A stretch of DNA of 64,000 bases from Octopus bimaculoides (lineage: Eukaryota), in contig NC_068987.1 of NCBI RefSeq assembly GCF_001194135.2, forward strand, positions 89,566,919 to 89,630,918. Direction: 5' to 3'. Of the stretch, positions 48,147 to 62,820 are shown piece after piece. The translations under genes and the position numbers were made by a program. The first letter of the stretch is position 1; each line of letters begins with the position of its first letter. The notes beneath the pieces are model-generated. The model was not told the origin of the DNA, did no database searches, and saw nothing but the letters and a program-made list of their open reading frames with translations.

Positions 48147-50932
48147 CATCATTTATTGTCCACTTCCATGCTGGCATGGGTTGGATGGTTTTACAGGAGC
48201 TGGCAAACCAGAGGACTGTGCCAAGCTCCACTGCTTTGGTATGGTTTCTACAGCTGGATGCCCTTCCTAATGCCAACCACTTTACATGGTGTATTGGGTA
48301 TTTTTTTACAAAGCACCAACACAGGTAAGGTCTGTTTTGGTATGGTTGCTATTATTGGATGCTCTCTTCTTAATGCCAACTACTTTGCAAGGTGGACTGG
48401 GTGTATTTATGTGGGACCAGCACCAGTGAGGTCTGTTTTGGCATGGTTTCATTTATGAAATATATGCCACAGACAAAAATTCCTCCAGAAAAATATGGTC
48501 TTGGGTAAATGATAAATCATTGGTTTTGTAAAGTCAAGTCTCTCTCTGCTATTTCACATTGCAATTTGTCACCATTTTCGTTGAGTTAAACTTGTATTGC
48601 AGCTGAACAGTGGTGTCCTACCACTAATAACTATAATTGTTGGGTTATGTTGAGAGTTAAGTACTTGTTGAGTTGTTCTTGTGGACAAATGAGGAAATTG
48701 AAAAAGAATCAGTGGGTGGGGGTGGGGGAATGATAAGTTTTGACAATACTATGACAAACATTATCGACTAAGTTAAGGATGTTAAGTAAAGGGGTGGATG
48801 AAGGTAGGGAGAGAAATAGTAAGATATGACCATAGCCTCTGAGAATTTATGAACAACTTGTGATAAATACAGGAGATTAAAGTATCAGTTAAAAGTATAG
48901 ATGAGTGAAACATATTTTGTTACATAACAAAATCAAAATCAAAAATCAAATCACAATTAAATGGAAATTGTAGTTGTGGCTGATACCAGTGCTGCCTGAC
49001 TGGCTCCCGTACTGGTGGCACGTAAAAAGCACCATCTGAATGTGGCTGAGGCCAGCCCCGCCTTGACTGGCTCCTGTGCCGGTGGCACGTAAAAAGCACC
49101 AACCGATCATGGTCGATGCGAGCTCCTTCTGGCCCCTGTGCTGGTGGCACGTAAAAAGCACCCACTGCACTCTCGGAGTGGTTGGCGTCAGGAAAGGCAT
49201 CCAGCTGTAGAAACACTGCCAGATCAGATTGAGGCCTGGTGCAGCCTCCTGGCTTCCCAGACCCCAGTCGAACCGTCCAACCCATGCCAGCATGGAAAAC
49301 ATCGTTAAACAATGACAATGATGATGATGATATATATGTATGTGTGTGTGTAAAAGGAAAACAAAACCAAGGCAGGATGGGCATCTCAGATCAGAATATT
49401 TAAGGTGAATTAAAAAGGAGAAGTAACAGTAATTACTTCTACTTTTCAGTTTTGATTCACCTTACTCTAATTAAGTATTCTAAATGACTTGAGATATTCG
49501 GCCTGCTTTGGTTTTGTTTTCCTTTTTCCTTTTAATGTATATCTGCTGACTCGGAAGCCTTCTATGGATCCCTAGCTCCAGCCTCAGCTGTGAACTTCTA
49601 ACCTGCAGCATGCCTGTTGGTTTAGATCATCAGTGAACTAAACCCCTCATGTTCTATACATGTGTGTGTGTGTGTGTGTGTGTGTACATACACAGAAGTA
49701 TGTGGCTCTTAACGAATTTGTGTTATATCATGTAGAAAACTGAAGAAATGTGAAAATATTGGTTTCAAATTTTGGCACAAGGCCAGCAATTTCAGGGGAT
49801 GGAATAAGTTGATTATTTGGACCCCAGTGTTCAACTGGTACCTATTTTATTAACTGTGAGACAATGAAAGGCAAAGTCAACCCTGGTGGCATTTGAATAA
49901 AGAATGTAAAGATAAAAAGAAATGCCACTAAGCATTTTTTCCAACATGGTAATGATTCTGCCAGCTTACCACCTCAAGAAATATGAAAGTATTAACATGA
50001 TTAATTAAAAGAACATATTTTATTAATTCACAATTGAAGTTTACTTGAAATTTATCATAATTACATTTTTATGAAAATTGCTCAATGCCAATGAATACTA
50101 AATCACCAATTGGTCAGTCCACTTAGCTTTAAATGGGTTTCTTAAGCAACAGAGTGCCTTGGAATTGGTAAATGATTTGTTAGCTTGTGGTGTTGAGCTT
50201 AAATTCTTGCCAGAGAAAGCATCAAGAAACTATTTCTGTATCTGTCTTTGAATCATTTCGAGGAGATAAACCCTTTTCATATATCCTAATGATTTGTAAG
50301 AAATAATTGTTTAAATGTTCTGTTGTGTCTGGGGAGAGTCATTTTCTTATTGTGCCTTAAAATTTAACACACTCACCGATAAAATTTCAACTTATTTCTT
50401 ATTTTTATTTTCCTAAAATTTTTGTTGCGTCTTACAACCTTTCCAATAGTCTTGACTCTGTCCGTTATTTACGCTGCGTTCTGTTTTTGTGCATGTATGT
50501 GTCTCAGTGTGTGTGTATGTATGCATGCATGTGTGTGTATGTATGTCTGTGTGTGTGTGCATATGTATATATGTATATGTGTGTGTATGTATATGTATGT
50601 ATGTATGTATGTATGTGTATGTATGTGTGTGTATTGTTTAAATATTTTCCCTTCATTTTTAATTTGCAGAGATCTTCTGTTTGATCATAGTTTTCTAAAT
50701 GTGAAATCACCAAATATTCTGCAAATTACACTAACCAATGATAAATGCAAATGTGAGAGTAATGATTCCTGATATTACTTTTGTAATCACTTTGCTTATT
50801 CAATGTATCAATTTGAGGTTTTCTGAGAAAACCTTGATTTGTTTACAGGTATTTATGATAGCATTGTGTCTAAGGAGGGCCATTATGCCAATAACAAACA
50901 CACACACACTGTTCAATTTTATTGCTTTTATT

Positions 50933-51180
50933 ATTATTAGTCAATTGGTTAAGCATTTAATCAGTTAAGTCATCAATTGTTTGATTGATCATTCAGTCAG
51001 TCAATCAATTAGCTAGGTTTGTCAAAGTCCTTTCATAGCCAGGTCTGTCTCAGACCTGAAGTTGACCTGAATGGCAACGAAAGGACTTTGACAAACCTAG
51101 CTGGCTGAGTGACTGACCAAACAATTAATTAAACAAGTGATGAGTTAATTGGTTAAATGATTAACCAATTGACTAACAAT
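50933..51180. repeat. Palindromic (fold-back) element with a perfect 24-bp inner stem
   Basis: 51011..51034 pairs perfectly with 51079..51102; 50937..50952 pairs with 51161..51176. Confidence 0.85.
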
Positions 51181-52049
51181 AAAGAAGTGAACTAGAACTG
51201 GCACATATGTTTATAACTGTCACAGTGACCCTCCCAAGTTACAACAAAATCTATTTCAATACACAAGTTCACATCAAGAATCTTGCAAACCAAATATAAT
51301 TGCAGGCATAGCTGTGTAATAAAAAGTTTGATTCTCAACCACATGGTTCTGGGTTCAGTCCCACTGCATGCACCTTAGGCAAGTGTCTTCTACTCTAGTC
51401 TCGGGTCAACCAAACCCTTGTGAGTGGATTTGATAGACGGAAACTGAAAGAAGCCTGCTGTATATATATGTGTGTGTTTGTTTACCCCACCACCGCCACC
51501 ACTTGACAACTAGTGTTGGAGTGTTTATATTCCTGTAACTTAACAGTCCAGCAATACATACTGATAGAATAAGTACTGGGCTTAAAAAATAAGTATTTGG
51601 GTTGGTGTGTTCAACTAATACTTTTCAAGGTGGTGCCCCAACATGGCCACAGTCTAATGAGTGAAAGAAGTAGATGATAAAAGATACAGACAAAAACGAT
51701 GTCTATGGTACTCTTGCTTGAAATTATCCTCTGCTAAATGTGGCAGCTTAGTAATAGAAGATCCTCACTTCTCTTTTTAACCATAGAAAATGTGATGGGT
51801 CTGCATTTGTTTTGTTTCTTTGTGAATGCATCACCTTTAATCTAAATAGCAAATATACCTGTCTTTGGCAAATGTACCTGAATCTGAGTTGTGGCTTCTT
51901 TTGGTGGATTGTGGGGAAATATTGATTGATATTACTTCCTTAACTCCTTGCAGATCTTGAGGTTTAATGTAAGCTTTTGGGTTTGTGGTGTTAAATAGAT
52001 CACAAGAAGGCCCACTGTGCTATCCACCCACTACAGAAATTGAACTCAA

Positions 52050-52235
52050 AGACATATAACAACATTATGACACAACTGCTTTACCCCAATCAATTCAGCT
52101 CTCCTTGATATTTTACCAAAATACATCAAAACAGAAGCAGGTCTTATAAAATTCAAAAGTTCTCTGGACAAATTTCTCCAAAATATCCCGGACCAACCTC
52201 CTTCATCGGGTTATGTTTTCAACAATAATAACTCT
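52050..52235 (+). mobile_element. CR1/L2-group LINE 3' end fragment
   Basis: KFKSSLDKFLQNIPDQPPSSGY...NNNNS matches the typical FK..LDKFL..IPDQP..GY C-terminus. Confidence 0.7.
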
Positions 52236-54064
52236 TGTTATTATATGTGTGTGTGTGTGTACCACCACCACCTGACAACTGGTGTTGGTTTGTTTACACT
52301 CCCGTAAATTAGCGATTCGGTTACTGGGGGAGGGGGGTCGATTTATTCAGCTAAACTCTTCAATGTCGTGCCCCAGCATGGCCGCAGTCCAATAACTGAA
52401 ACAAGTAAAGATGTAAATAAAAAAGAAAGTAAATTGTACGTGGCACCTTGGGTAAGTGTCTTCCACTATAGTCTCGGGCCGACTAAAGCCTTGTGAGTGG
52501 ATTTGGTAGGCGGAAACTGAAAGAAGCCCGTCGTATATATGTATACATATATATATATATATGCAAAATACCAAACTGAACCTCACCTCTTATATCTCAT
52601 CTTTCTTCCTCCTTTAACGCCTATGTGATATAATTCTTGAGAGAGAATACATTTACGGCTGAAGATAGCTTTATATTGTCAATTATACACTGATGTAACA
52701 ACTATAAAGCTTGAAACACGTGTACCGCAGAATCCTTTGTGTTTTTGTTTTTATTTTTGCATTTACAATTTATATATGTGTGTGTGTGTGTGTATGTGTC
52801 TGTGTTTGTGNNNNNNNNNNAGCATCGCTTGATAACCGATGCTGGTGTGTTTACGTCCCCGCAACTTAGCGGTTCGGCAAAAGTGACCGATAGAATAATT
52901 CCTGGGGTCGATTTGCTCGACTAAAAGGCGGTGCTCCAGCATGGCCACAAACAAATGACTGAAACAAGTAAAAGATATATATATGTGTGTGTGTGTGTGT
53001 GTGTCTTGAAATTTCCCTCTCCATATTCAACATGTAGAATTCTTTTCCTTTTGGTTAAAATGTTTTGAAACGTATTGTACGCCTCTCTACTCTTCTTCTC
53101 CCACTCCCACTCCTCTTATCTTTTTCGTTTTCTAACATCGCCTCTCCATTCGACCCTTGTCTTCTCTTTCATGTTATCCTTGTTTTGTTTTCTTTCACTA
53201 CTTGACTGACAACTTAATGTCTCCCACCTCGTTCTCTCTCTTTCTCTGACCTGACATTTCCACCGAACAATAAACAAGCCCTGATCTTTCCTATCCCTCT
53301 AGCTTTGTTGCGGTTATTGTCTTCGTTTTTTTCACTTTTACCTCGCGCCATTTCTTGTCTTCATTTCAAAATTATAAAAAGAAAAAAGAACATTAATATA
53401 CGAAGAACGAATACTACCGCCATCTCTTTAAAAAACTGTCTCTCTTAGGTTTTCCCTCACTACATATATTGCTACGTCTAAATATACGTTATTCTTGCCT
53501 TGTTTGGATGTATACTATGTGTTATGTGTGTGTATATATGTAGTATGTACGTGTGTGTTATTTAGTCTCAAATCAATACTGATCGAGTAAACCGATGACC
53601 AAAAGTGTTCCAGATGTGGCCATTTCGTCTTTTTCTCTTTTGTGTCTATATCGCCTATTCTATGACTGAGAGTGATAATTCGAAAGATTTGGCTGCCATT
53701 TCTAGCATATAGAGCAACCATATAAAACTTCATCTATACTTGTTATTGCTTGACCCAAACAGTTTGAGATTATGATGACTTCAAAAATAAAATAAAATAA
53801 AATAAAGATTTCAATTTCCTCTCTTCTTTTTGTCTCTATCCCTACCTCTTTCTGGTTTTATTTTCAAACACTCAACTAACAGCGCTCAGTGTTGACTGCT
53901 TTGCTAAACAACTTACATATATATTAATCATACCAGAGATTAAAATCATATTTTAGTCTCTTAACACTAGTTAAAATTTGATTTTTATGTGAAATATTTT
54001 AGATGGAAATGCACTTTGAAAAGCATTGTAAAATGAAGAAAAAGTTTAGTAAAATAAATATATG

Positions 54065-54482
<418 letters not shown>

Positions 54483-55413
54483 GTATATAATGAATTATAT
54501 ATGCTGGTGGCATGTAAAAAGCACTCTCTACACTCTCGGAGTGGTTGGCATTAGGAAGGGCATCCAGCTGTGGAAACTTTGCCAGATGGGATTGGAGACT
54601 GGTGCAGCCTCCTGGCTTGCCAAACCATCCAACCCATGCCAGCATGGAAAGTAGATGTTAAACAATGATGATGATGAAGTAATTTAATTACATCAGTCCC
54701 CAGTTTTCAACTGGTACTTATTTTCTTGACAACATCAATAATAATAATAGCTACAAATGAAATGGTCTCACGTTGTAATTCAACTGATATCATGAGTCAA
54801 CATGGAGGCTTTCAACTGTAAATATAAAAGAGAATCAGTTTCAAATCTAGTTAGACCTGTCACAACATTTATACTTATCATCATCATCATCATCACCATT
54901 TAAACAGACCCATTCGAGTGTGATTGTTGTCGAGGCTGCTGACTGGCTCCTGTGCTGATGACGCGTAAAAAAAGCACCATACAAGCATGGGCGTTGACAG
55001 TGCCGCCGGACTGGCTCCTGTGCAGGTGGCACGTAAAAAGCACCATTTGAGTGTGGTCAATGCCAGTGCCGCCTGACTGGTTCTCATGCCGGTGACATGT
55101 AAAAAGCATCCACTACACTCTTGGAGTGGTTAGTGTTAGAAAGGGCATCCAGCTGTAGAAACACTGCCAGATCAGATTGGAGCCTGGTGCAGCTTTCTGG
55201 CTCACCAGCCCTCAGTCAAACCGTCCAACCCATGCCAGCATGGAAAGCGGACGTTAAACGATGATGATGATTAAATGATGATGATGATGATGATAATGAT
55301 TATTGCATTTAGAATTTTTAAAGTTTATAATATCCAATGTCAAACTTGGACACACGCTTTATCTAGTGGCCAGTGGTAAGAGAACTAATGTACGCACAAC
55401 ACAACACAACACA

Positions 55414-55444
<31 letters not shown>

Positions 55445-56720
55445 CACACTAGGTCATTTTGCTGATAAGATAGAGTGACAAAGGTAACTTTTGTTAAAAC
55501 CATGTAAGAATTTATAAAATCGAAGGCTTAAAACTATATCATAGTTGCAAAAATACTGCCACTCTTCTGTGTTTGTATAGGGTAAAGACAAATATTTTTG
55601 ATATCACGAGAACACATGTTAATTTAAATAGAAAAAAAGAAAACATTATTATCAGCGTCATCATAATCTTCCTATTCTTTAATATCCAGTTTCCATGCTG
55701 GATTCTGAAGGTTCCACCAACTTGCAAAAAGTAATTCATTTTTAACTGTTGAACTCAAAGTAGATGAAACTAAAAATAACAACATTTAAATATTGGGTTA
55801 AACCATGAGCATTTGAACTGGCCGTATCCAATCAAAATGTGCTGCCTGTTTTATATCTTAACCAGCTAGATCCAGCCTGTCACACCTATCCTTCAATGTC
55901 CTTATAAAATATACGATCACATCATCAAAATTTTAAAGCTACAAAATAATGCATGATTAATTAAAAACAATGTGAATGAAAAAGCATTACATTTGACAGA
56001 ATAATGCTTGAAGGTTAAAAACCTTCTTGGATGGAAGAAGTGAAAAGTTGCCTTTGGGACTTGAATCCACATCTGGTTTGACTTTTTTCTATCCAAAAGG
56101 ATTTTTAACTCAATGTTCAAATGCTATTATTTCCAACTTTATTGACTTCAAGTTCTACCATTAACAAATTACTTCACATTTCTTGAAGTTTTTAAATTCT
56201 TATGATGCAATAGCAAAAAGTAATTAGAGAGTGACAAACCTTTGTGGTTCCCAGTGTATTAATACCTAAAATGAGAAGTGAATTGATAAAGTACTCACGT
56301 GGATTACTCTTTCATTAGACACATGATGCAGTTTTATCTAATCTGTATTCTTATTAGTTAGATTTGTTTCATTGTTAATAGATCAACAGGACAAGTGTTT
56401 ATAGAAATACTATTAAAGCTTCAACTAGTAATAATGATTTCTTTTGCCTTGACATCAATTATTTTCTTTGTGTTAGAGGAACGGTCATAGATGATTGATT
56501 CGTTTCCTGCTCATTACAAAATTGTTTAAAAAACAAGATATTAATGAGTGCACAAGATCTTGAAGTTGATTCTTGATTGGGAGTCTTAAACTCTCTTCAA
56601 CCCCAATATGTAATGTTGCTTTGATGGTAAAAGTGATGAAATTTAATAATACTTTACACTGCACAACATATTATATAGACACTAGTAGAAACACTGCCCT
56701 TCAAGTGGGTTTTTGTTTTA

Positions 56721-57278
56721 CGAGAGTGAGTCAAAAAGTAATGCCATGTTGTTTAGGACAGGTATAATTACCAACACAGGAGAACATGTATCATACATCA
56801 AAATGAAGCTGGTCCTCTGTGGATCCCATCCCTACATCTCAACATAGTCACCGTTTCTCTCAATAGCAATGTTCCACCTTTGACTGAAAGCACATGTCCC
56901 TGCCCTGTAAAATTCTGTTGGCTGTTCTTTGAGCCACTTCTTCACTACCTCCACACTCACCAGATTTAGTGCCTTCAGACTATCATCTCTTTGGCGCCAC
57001 GAAAGAAGGTTTGAGAGGCAAACATTATTCCAGTGACGAGGAAGTGAAAACTGTAGTGAAGAAGTGGCTCAAAGAACAGTCAACAGAATTTTACGGGGCA
57101 GGGATGCGTGCTCTCATTCGAAGGTGGAACATTGCTATTGAGAGAAACGGTGATTATGTTGAGAAGTAGGGATGTGATCCACAGAGGACCAGCTTCATTT
57201 TGATGTATGATACATGTTCCTGTGTTGGTAATTACACCTGTCCTAAACAAAATGGCATTACTTTTTGACTCCCTCTTG
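56721..57278. mobile_element. Fold-back mariner derivative built from two inverted 3' ends
   Basis: TA flanks at 56719-20 and 57279-80; arms ~56721..56948 and ~57054..57278; the right arm encodes PSDYHLFG...GDYVEK*. Confidence 0.92.
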
Positions 57279-59714
57279 TAATATGTTGAATTGAAAAATT
57301 CTAATCTGGAAACAAATAACATGGTATATATGTTGTGTTATTGTATTGTAATCAATGTTAAACAAAATAGATGTTTACAATAAACACAAAGTTGATGATG
57401 TTGGCAGAGAAATTAACCGAAGGCTTTTGTTATTCAAAGGACCATGTTTTACACATTTGTTTATAACTTTAAATGCAAAAAATTCTATAATTTTGATTTG
57501 ATAAATACATAGAGAATAAAAATTTTCACAAATATTCTCAAAGTAAAAGTTACATACTCATAACTAATTAATAAGCAGCTTTCTTTGTTATAGTAGAGGT
57601 AAAATTTCAAGGATAAGCATTTCTGTTAATTTCTTTTTAATGATTTTAAAATTTAAATTGCTAAAACTAAGAAGCTTGTTTTGGGAAGAGAGTGATGTTG
57701 AAAACTTAAACTTTACTTGAATTAAATATATATAAAACCTTCAAAACCTTGTGAGTGGATTTGGTAGACAGAAACTGAAAAGAAGCTTGTCATATGTGTA
57801 TGCCTCTGTGTGTGTGTGTTCCTTCCATTGCTTAACTACAAATGTTGGTTTGTTTACAACTTAGTGGATCAGCAAAAGAGACTGTCAGAATATGAGACTT
57901 AAAAACTAAGCACTAGGTTTGGTTTGTTTGACTAAAATTCTTCAAAGTCGTGTCCTGTCACGGTTTTAGTCTAATGGCTGAAACAAGTAAAAGTTAAAAA
58001 TCATAAAACACTGCTCTTTAGTTCTAATCTTTACTTTGGCAGCATTTTTACCTTTGGTGTTTATAATCAAAGAGTCCAACATTGTAGAAAGAAAAGGACC
58101 CATCTTGTTAAAAACTTGATTCTGAATTTTATCAAACCAGTTAAGATAATCAGAGTGGGCACCAGTCCAAAGATGACAGCAATATTCTGTGCAAGGTCAG
58201 ATGGTGGCCTTATAGAGATACAAGATACTCCCAGGTGAAAGAAATTTGCAATCACATAAGAGAGATCCAATCTACTTGGCAGCTAATATGGTAATTAATT
58301 GAACAATTAGCACAATAAATTACATTCTATGATGCTTGTTTTCATGTTCTATTAATCTTGGTTATCAAAGTAAACACTGTGTTTTGTACATAGCAGACTG
58401 TTTATATAGCATCAACTCCTTAATCAGTAAATATGGGACTCAAGTAAAGCAGGCCTTAGAAAACTTTTAAAAAACAACTCAAAATCACAATAGTTCAGGC
58501 CCTGACCATGTGATCTTATTAACTTGGATTTTAACCTCAAACAGCCATCAGAAAAAAAACTGATTTTTTTTACCTTCACTTAATAAATTATGTTGTGTAG
58601 GGTAATATATAATTGGTATTTTGAAGGCTAATGAGTTGATGTACTTTTATTATTTAAGTTTTGTGTTATCCATTTTATGATTCTTGCTCAACAAACTTGA
58701 AGTCAATGACCTTTGTTGTGTACATGCACTTGGACTTGATGCAACCAGAATCAATATGCTTTACAATTGTTTTCAGCAAACACACACACATTCTCTCAGA
58801 TGTATGTATGTATGAGTATGCGTGTGTGCATGTCTTAATCTGTTTTATCTGGCAGATATACGAATAAAATATAAGACTATTTTTTATCAAAACTTAAATA
58901 AAATTGAAATAGAGCCATGTAGATAATCAATTTAAATTATTATTTCTTTTTACTTCAAAAGTAAGTTTAAGATTAAAAAAATTATGTTAAAGAAATAGAA
59001 ATGATTAAAATATATATACATATATATATTTTATATTGTAGGCTTCAGATTCTCTCTAATTCCAGAGATCTTTAAATAGCCAAGGTAAGTTTAAATTTAA
59101 AATTAGTTCTCTTAATTTCTTGCAGTATTTTTTTGATTTTAATCTTACTTTGTATTATTGTTTTATTGCTTCTTGTTTGCCCCACTGTTAAGTCTGGTTG
59201 AGTTGTTAAGGCTGTTGGGCCTTGTAAACTGATGGCAGTTCATGTATAACCAATACACAAGTTAACAGCAGAGGCGTATATGTTGTTATTTGAGCTCAAA
59301 CCAAACCTACCATCTTTGAAAAGGAAAGACATGTTGGACAGTTTAATCCTCGATATATGAATACAAAAAAGATGGGAATCAGTCATGTTGACACCTGTAA
59401 TCTTTAATCTGTTCAATCAGGATTGACTTAAGACTAAACAACCACAATCAACACTCTTAATTCCTTGCCAGCTCATTCTGGTGTTTTCATCATCAAATTT
59501 GTCATTTAACGTTTACTATTCAGACAGAATTTGTTGAGACAGATTTCCTATGGTTGGATGCCCTTCCTGTTACCAACCCTCACCTGTTTCCCAGCAAAGT
59601 AATATTTCTCATGGCCAGACATGTTTTTCATGAAACACTGGAAACAAACAACATTGCTTCTATGTTGATGATGTCCATCTACAGCCATCACATAATATCA
59701 AAACAAAGGTGCAT

Positions 59715-59768
<54 letters not shown>

Positions 59769-60391
59769 GCACCACAAATGCACATGCATACATGATGAGC
59801 TTCTTTCAATTTTTATCAACCAACTTCAGTCACAAAGTTTTGTCAGCCTGGTGCTATCGTAGAATACACTTACCCAAGGTGCCGTGCAGTGGGACTGAAC
59901 CCAAGATCACATGATTGGGAAGCAAGTTTCTCAACCACACAGCCATGCCTGCACCCACTTTAAATTGTTATCAAATATTAATACAGCTTCCCACGATAAG
60001 AACTGTTAAAATGAACGAGTATTTCATTAGTTTGTATCACAAGGTTCAAGTCTTACTTTATCCCTCCACAGCAATCCATTTTGGTGTGTTCCGTCACAGA
60101 ACATTCTATGGAGATATTCTGTTCAAAGGCTGGCTCTCTTCCGCATGCATCATTAACAAACCTAATATTGTTTCATTGTTTTATATACTATTCAAGGTGT
60201 GTGTGTGACGCGGGGGTGGGGTGGGGGTGGAATTGCTCTCAAAGCTTCTACTGACTCCCTGATACGGTGAAATCAATACAGTTCATATTTTCATTTGTTG
60301 AAAGTTGTTAGAGATGATTACTGGAAATACATAATTAAGGAGGAGTTACAAAGAAAATCGGCTGTGTCATAGAAAGTTTTCCACTTGATAA

Positions 60392-60423
<32 letters not shown>

Positions 60424-60988
60424 ACATGTGTATGTGTGTGTGTGTGTACATGCATATATATATGTATATATACTTTTGCCAAATCATGATGGATCAAATA
60501 TCTTATATCAATATCTAATATCAACATCTAATTTTCAATATCTAACATCAATATCTCATTCACTTGGCCATTGCTACATGCATGTACACATACATACATT
60601 CGTATTGGTTTTTCTTCCCATTTCTCCATGCTAGCATGATTGGGGAAGAGTTTACAATACATCTGCCTTCATGGAACCTCAGTCCTGCTTCATATCTTCT
60701 GACTGCTTTTTTCTGGAATTGTCTTTGATCTGCTTTGACTTTGGATCTTTAGCTAATAATTATAATGAGCTTAATTTTATAATTATGATGGATATGATAT
60801 AAAAAAAAAAACTTTTAAAATGAATTTCATTTTCAGATTTTCTGCTTTGATATCATTCTCTGAAAACAGTTGATTTATTGATTTGAAATCTGAAATTTAA
60901 AAAATAAATAAATTAAGTATTTAAGAAAACGGTAAAAAAACAACAATGTTCCTCTGGTGATAGTAATACAATTATTTTTGTCACTGTG

Positions 60989-60990
<2 letters not shown>

Positions 60991-61072
<82 letters not shown>

Positions 61073-61134
61073 CCATCATCACCATCATCACCACCATCAC
61101 CATCACCATCATCATCATCATCATCATCATCATC
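60991..61134. repeat. Compound (ATT)n(CAT/CAC)n microsatellite, expanded tail of a minus-strand RTE copy
   Basis: Direct reading; abuts TTTAACGTCCGCTTTCC. Confidence 0.96.
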
Positions 61135-62431
61135 GTCGTTTAACGTCCGCTTTCCATGCTAGCATGGGTTGGACGATTTGACTAAGGACTGGTGGACCAG
61201 GAGGTGACACCAGGCTCCAACCTCATCTGGCAGAGTTTCTACAGCTGGATGCCCTTCCTAACGCTAACCACTCCCAGAGTGTAGTGGGTGCTTTTACGTG
61301 CCACCGGCACGAAGGCCAGTCAGGCGGTACTGGCGACAGCCATGCTCAAAATGGTGTATTTTGTAACCGATTATCCCTCTCCCCACAAATTTCAGGCCTT
61401 GTGCCTATAATAGAAAGGAGTATTATTATTATTAGTAGTAGTAGTAGTGGTATTAGTATCCTGATGCTCACCCCCTCCTACTCTCTTCTGCATCCCTCTA
61501 CCTCCTTTAATTCATCCATCAATGTTAATCCCCCCTCCCCTTATTCATCACTCCCATCATCTACCCTTCAGCCTTGCCCAATCTTTACAGTTTTTGCCTA
61601 CTTCTTCTCTTCCATTTCCCCATCTCTCACTCCTCCATATATCCTTTGCAACCACCCCCGACTTACCCACAGTCCTAGTTCCTCTGTCCCCACTCATCTT
61701 GTACTTTGGGAAGTCACCTGGACACCTCATCACCCTGATTTATGTTTATCTTTTTGCAGCCCCTACTCTGCATTCTCATCCTCACTTCTAAATTTGAGTA
61801 GCCATGTGTCTCTTCAACAACAAGACCCTGTTTACCCACTCACCCCCTTACCTGCAGCCTTTAATCCTTCATTTCCGTGCATAAAGCTGTCTACCACCAC
61901 CAACACCTTATGGCAACCCCACTAGTGCAAGGTGACATATAAAAAAAAAAGCACACAGTACATTCTGTAAAGTGGTTGGCATTAAGAAAGGCATCATTAC
62001 CATCATCATCCTTGTTTAACGTCTGCTTTCCATGCTGGCATGGGTTGGACAGTTTGACTGAAAATTGCTAAGCTAGGGGACTTCACCAAGTTCTGATCTG
62101 ATTTGGCAAGGTTTCTACGGTTGGATGCCCTTCCTAATGCCAACCACTCCAAGAGCATAGTGGGTGCTTTTTATGTTTCCACTGGCATGGGTGCCAATGA
62201 CCTGAATACTTTCCAAAATGACCTACTTCCCTCACTGAAGTTTGGTGTACAGTTATATCATGATATAATCTCAACAAGATTTAATCTTCCTTCTCTTTTC
62301 TATAGTATATTTTATCTCTATTAGTGTGTTAGTATAGTTTATTTTATAAATATTGAACAGTCTGAAATATTCTTGATGAAAAAGCTATTGCTTCAGTCTG
62401 TTATTGTCTAAATACTGTAGAAGTCACACCC

Positions 62432-62471
62432 TTAATTACTCTAGAAGTCGTTTGACTTCTAGAGTAATTAA
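62432..62471. repeat. Perfect 18-bp hairpin with 4-nt loop
   Basis: TTAATTACTCTAGAAGTC-GTTT-GACTTCTAGAGTAATTAA. Confidence 0.9.
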
Positions 62472-62820
62472 ATGTTGGTACAAAATTNNNNNNNNNNTCT
62501 TGAAACTTGATGTCAGCTTTGATCTGTTTAAAAGCAACACCCCAGTTTTTTTCAGTTAAAATCATGTCTAAAATAATATGATTCATACACAAGTAAATAC
62601 AGCATATGGTTTAGTTTTATTTTGTGATATTATTGATAAACAACTGAAATGTTCTAAATGTTTTTTTTTTCATCTCATAATCTTTTTTTCTACTACTTTT
62701 TACTATAATTATTATTACTACTATTTTATCTACTTTTCAGATGGATTTGACCAAGGTATTGTTTCCATGGCTTGATTGAAGCTTTGGAAACATGTAAGTA
62801 CTGCCCTATGCAACTAACAT

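Noticed and set aside
48920-49384. ORFs of 118-154 aa and many similar MLAWVG/MPFL/FTCH-containing ORFs
   Set aside because: They are translations of the non-coding RTE 3'UTR repeat in various frames.
54930-55110. Regularly spaced GGTGGCACGTAAAAAGCACC-like repeats resembling a CRISPR array
   Set aside because: The spacers are similar to each other, the units are internal subrepeats of the RTE tail family, and the DNA is eukaryotic with no cas genes.
58067-58270. Hydrophobic 67-aa minus-strand ORF
   Set aside because: No recognisable family, no partner exons, and a length expected by chance.
60957-61925. Poly-Tyr/His ORF and the 213-aa Ser/Pro-rich ORF
   Set aside because: They are translations of microsatellites, SINE/RTE pieces and CT-rich decayed repeat.
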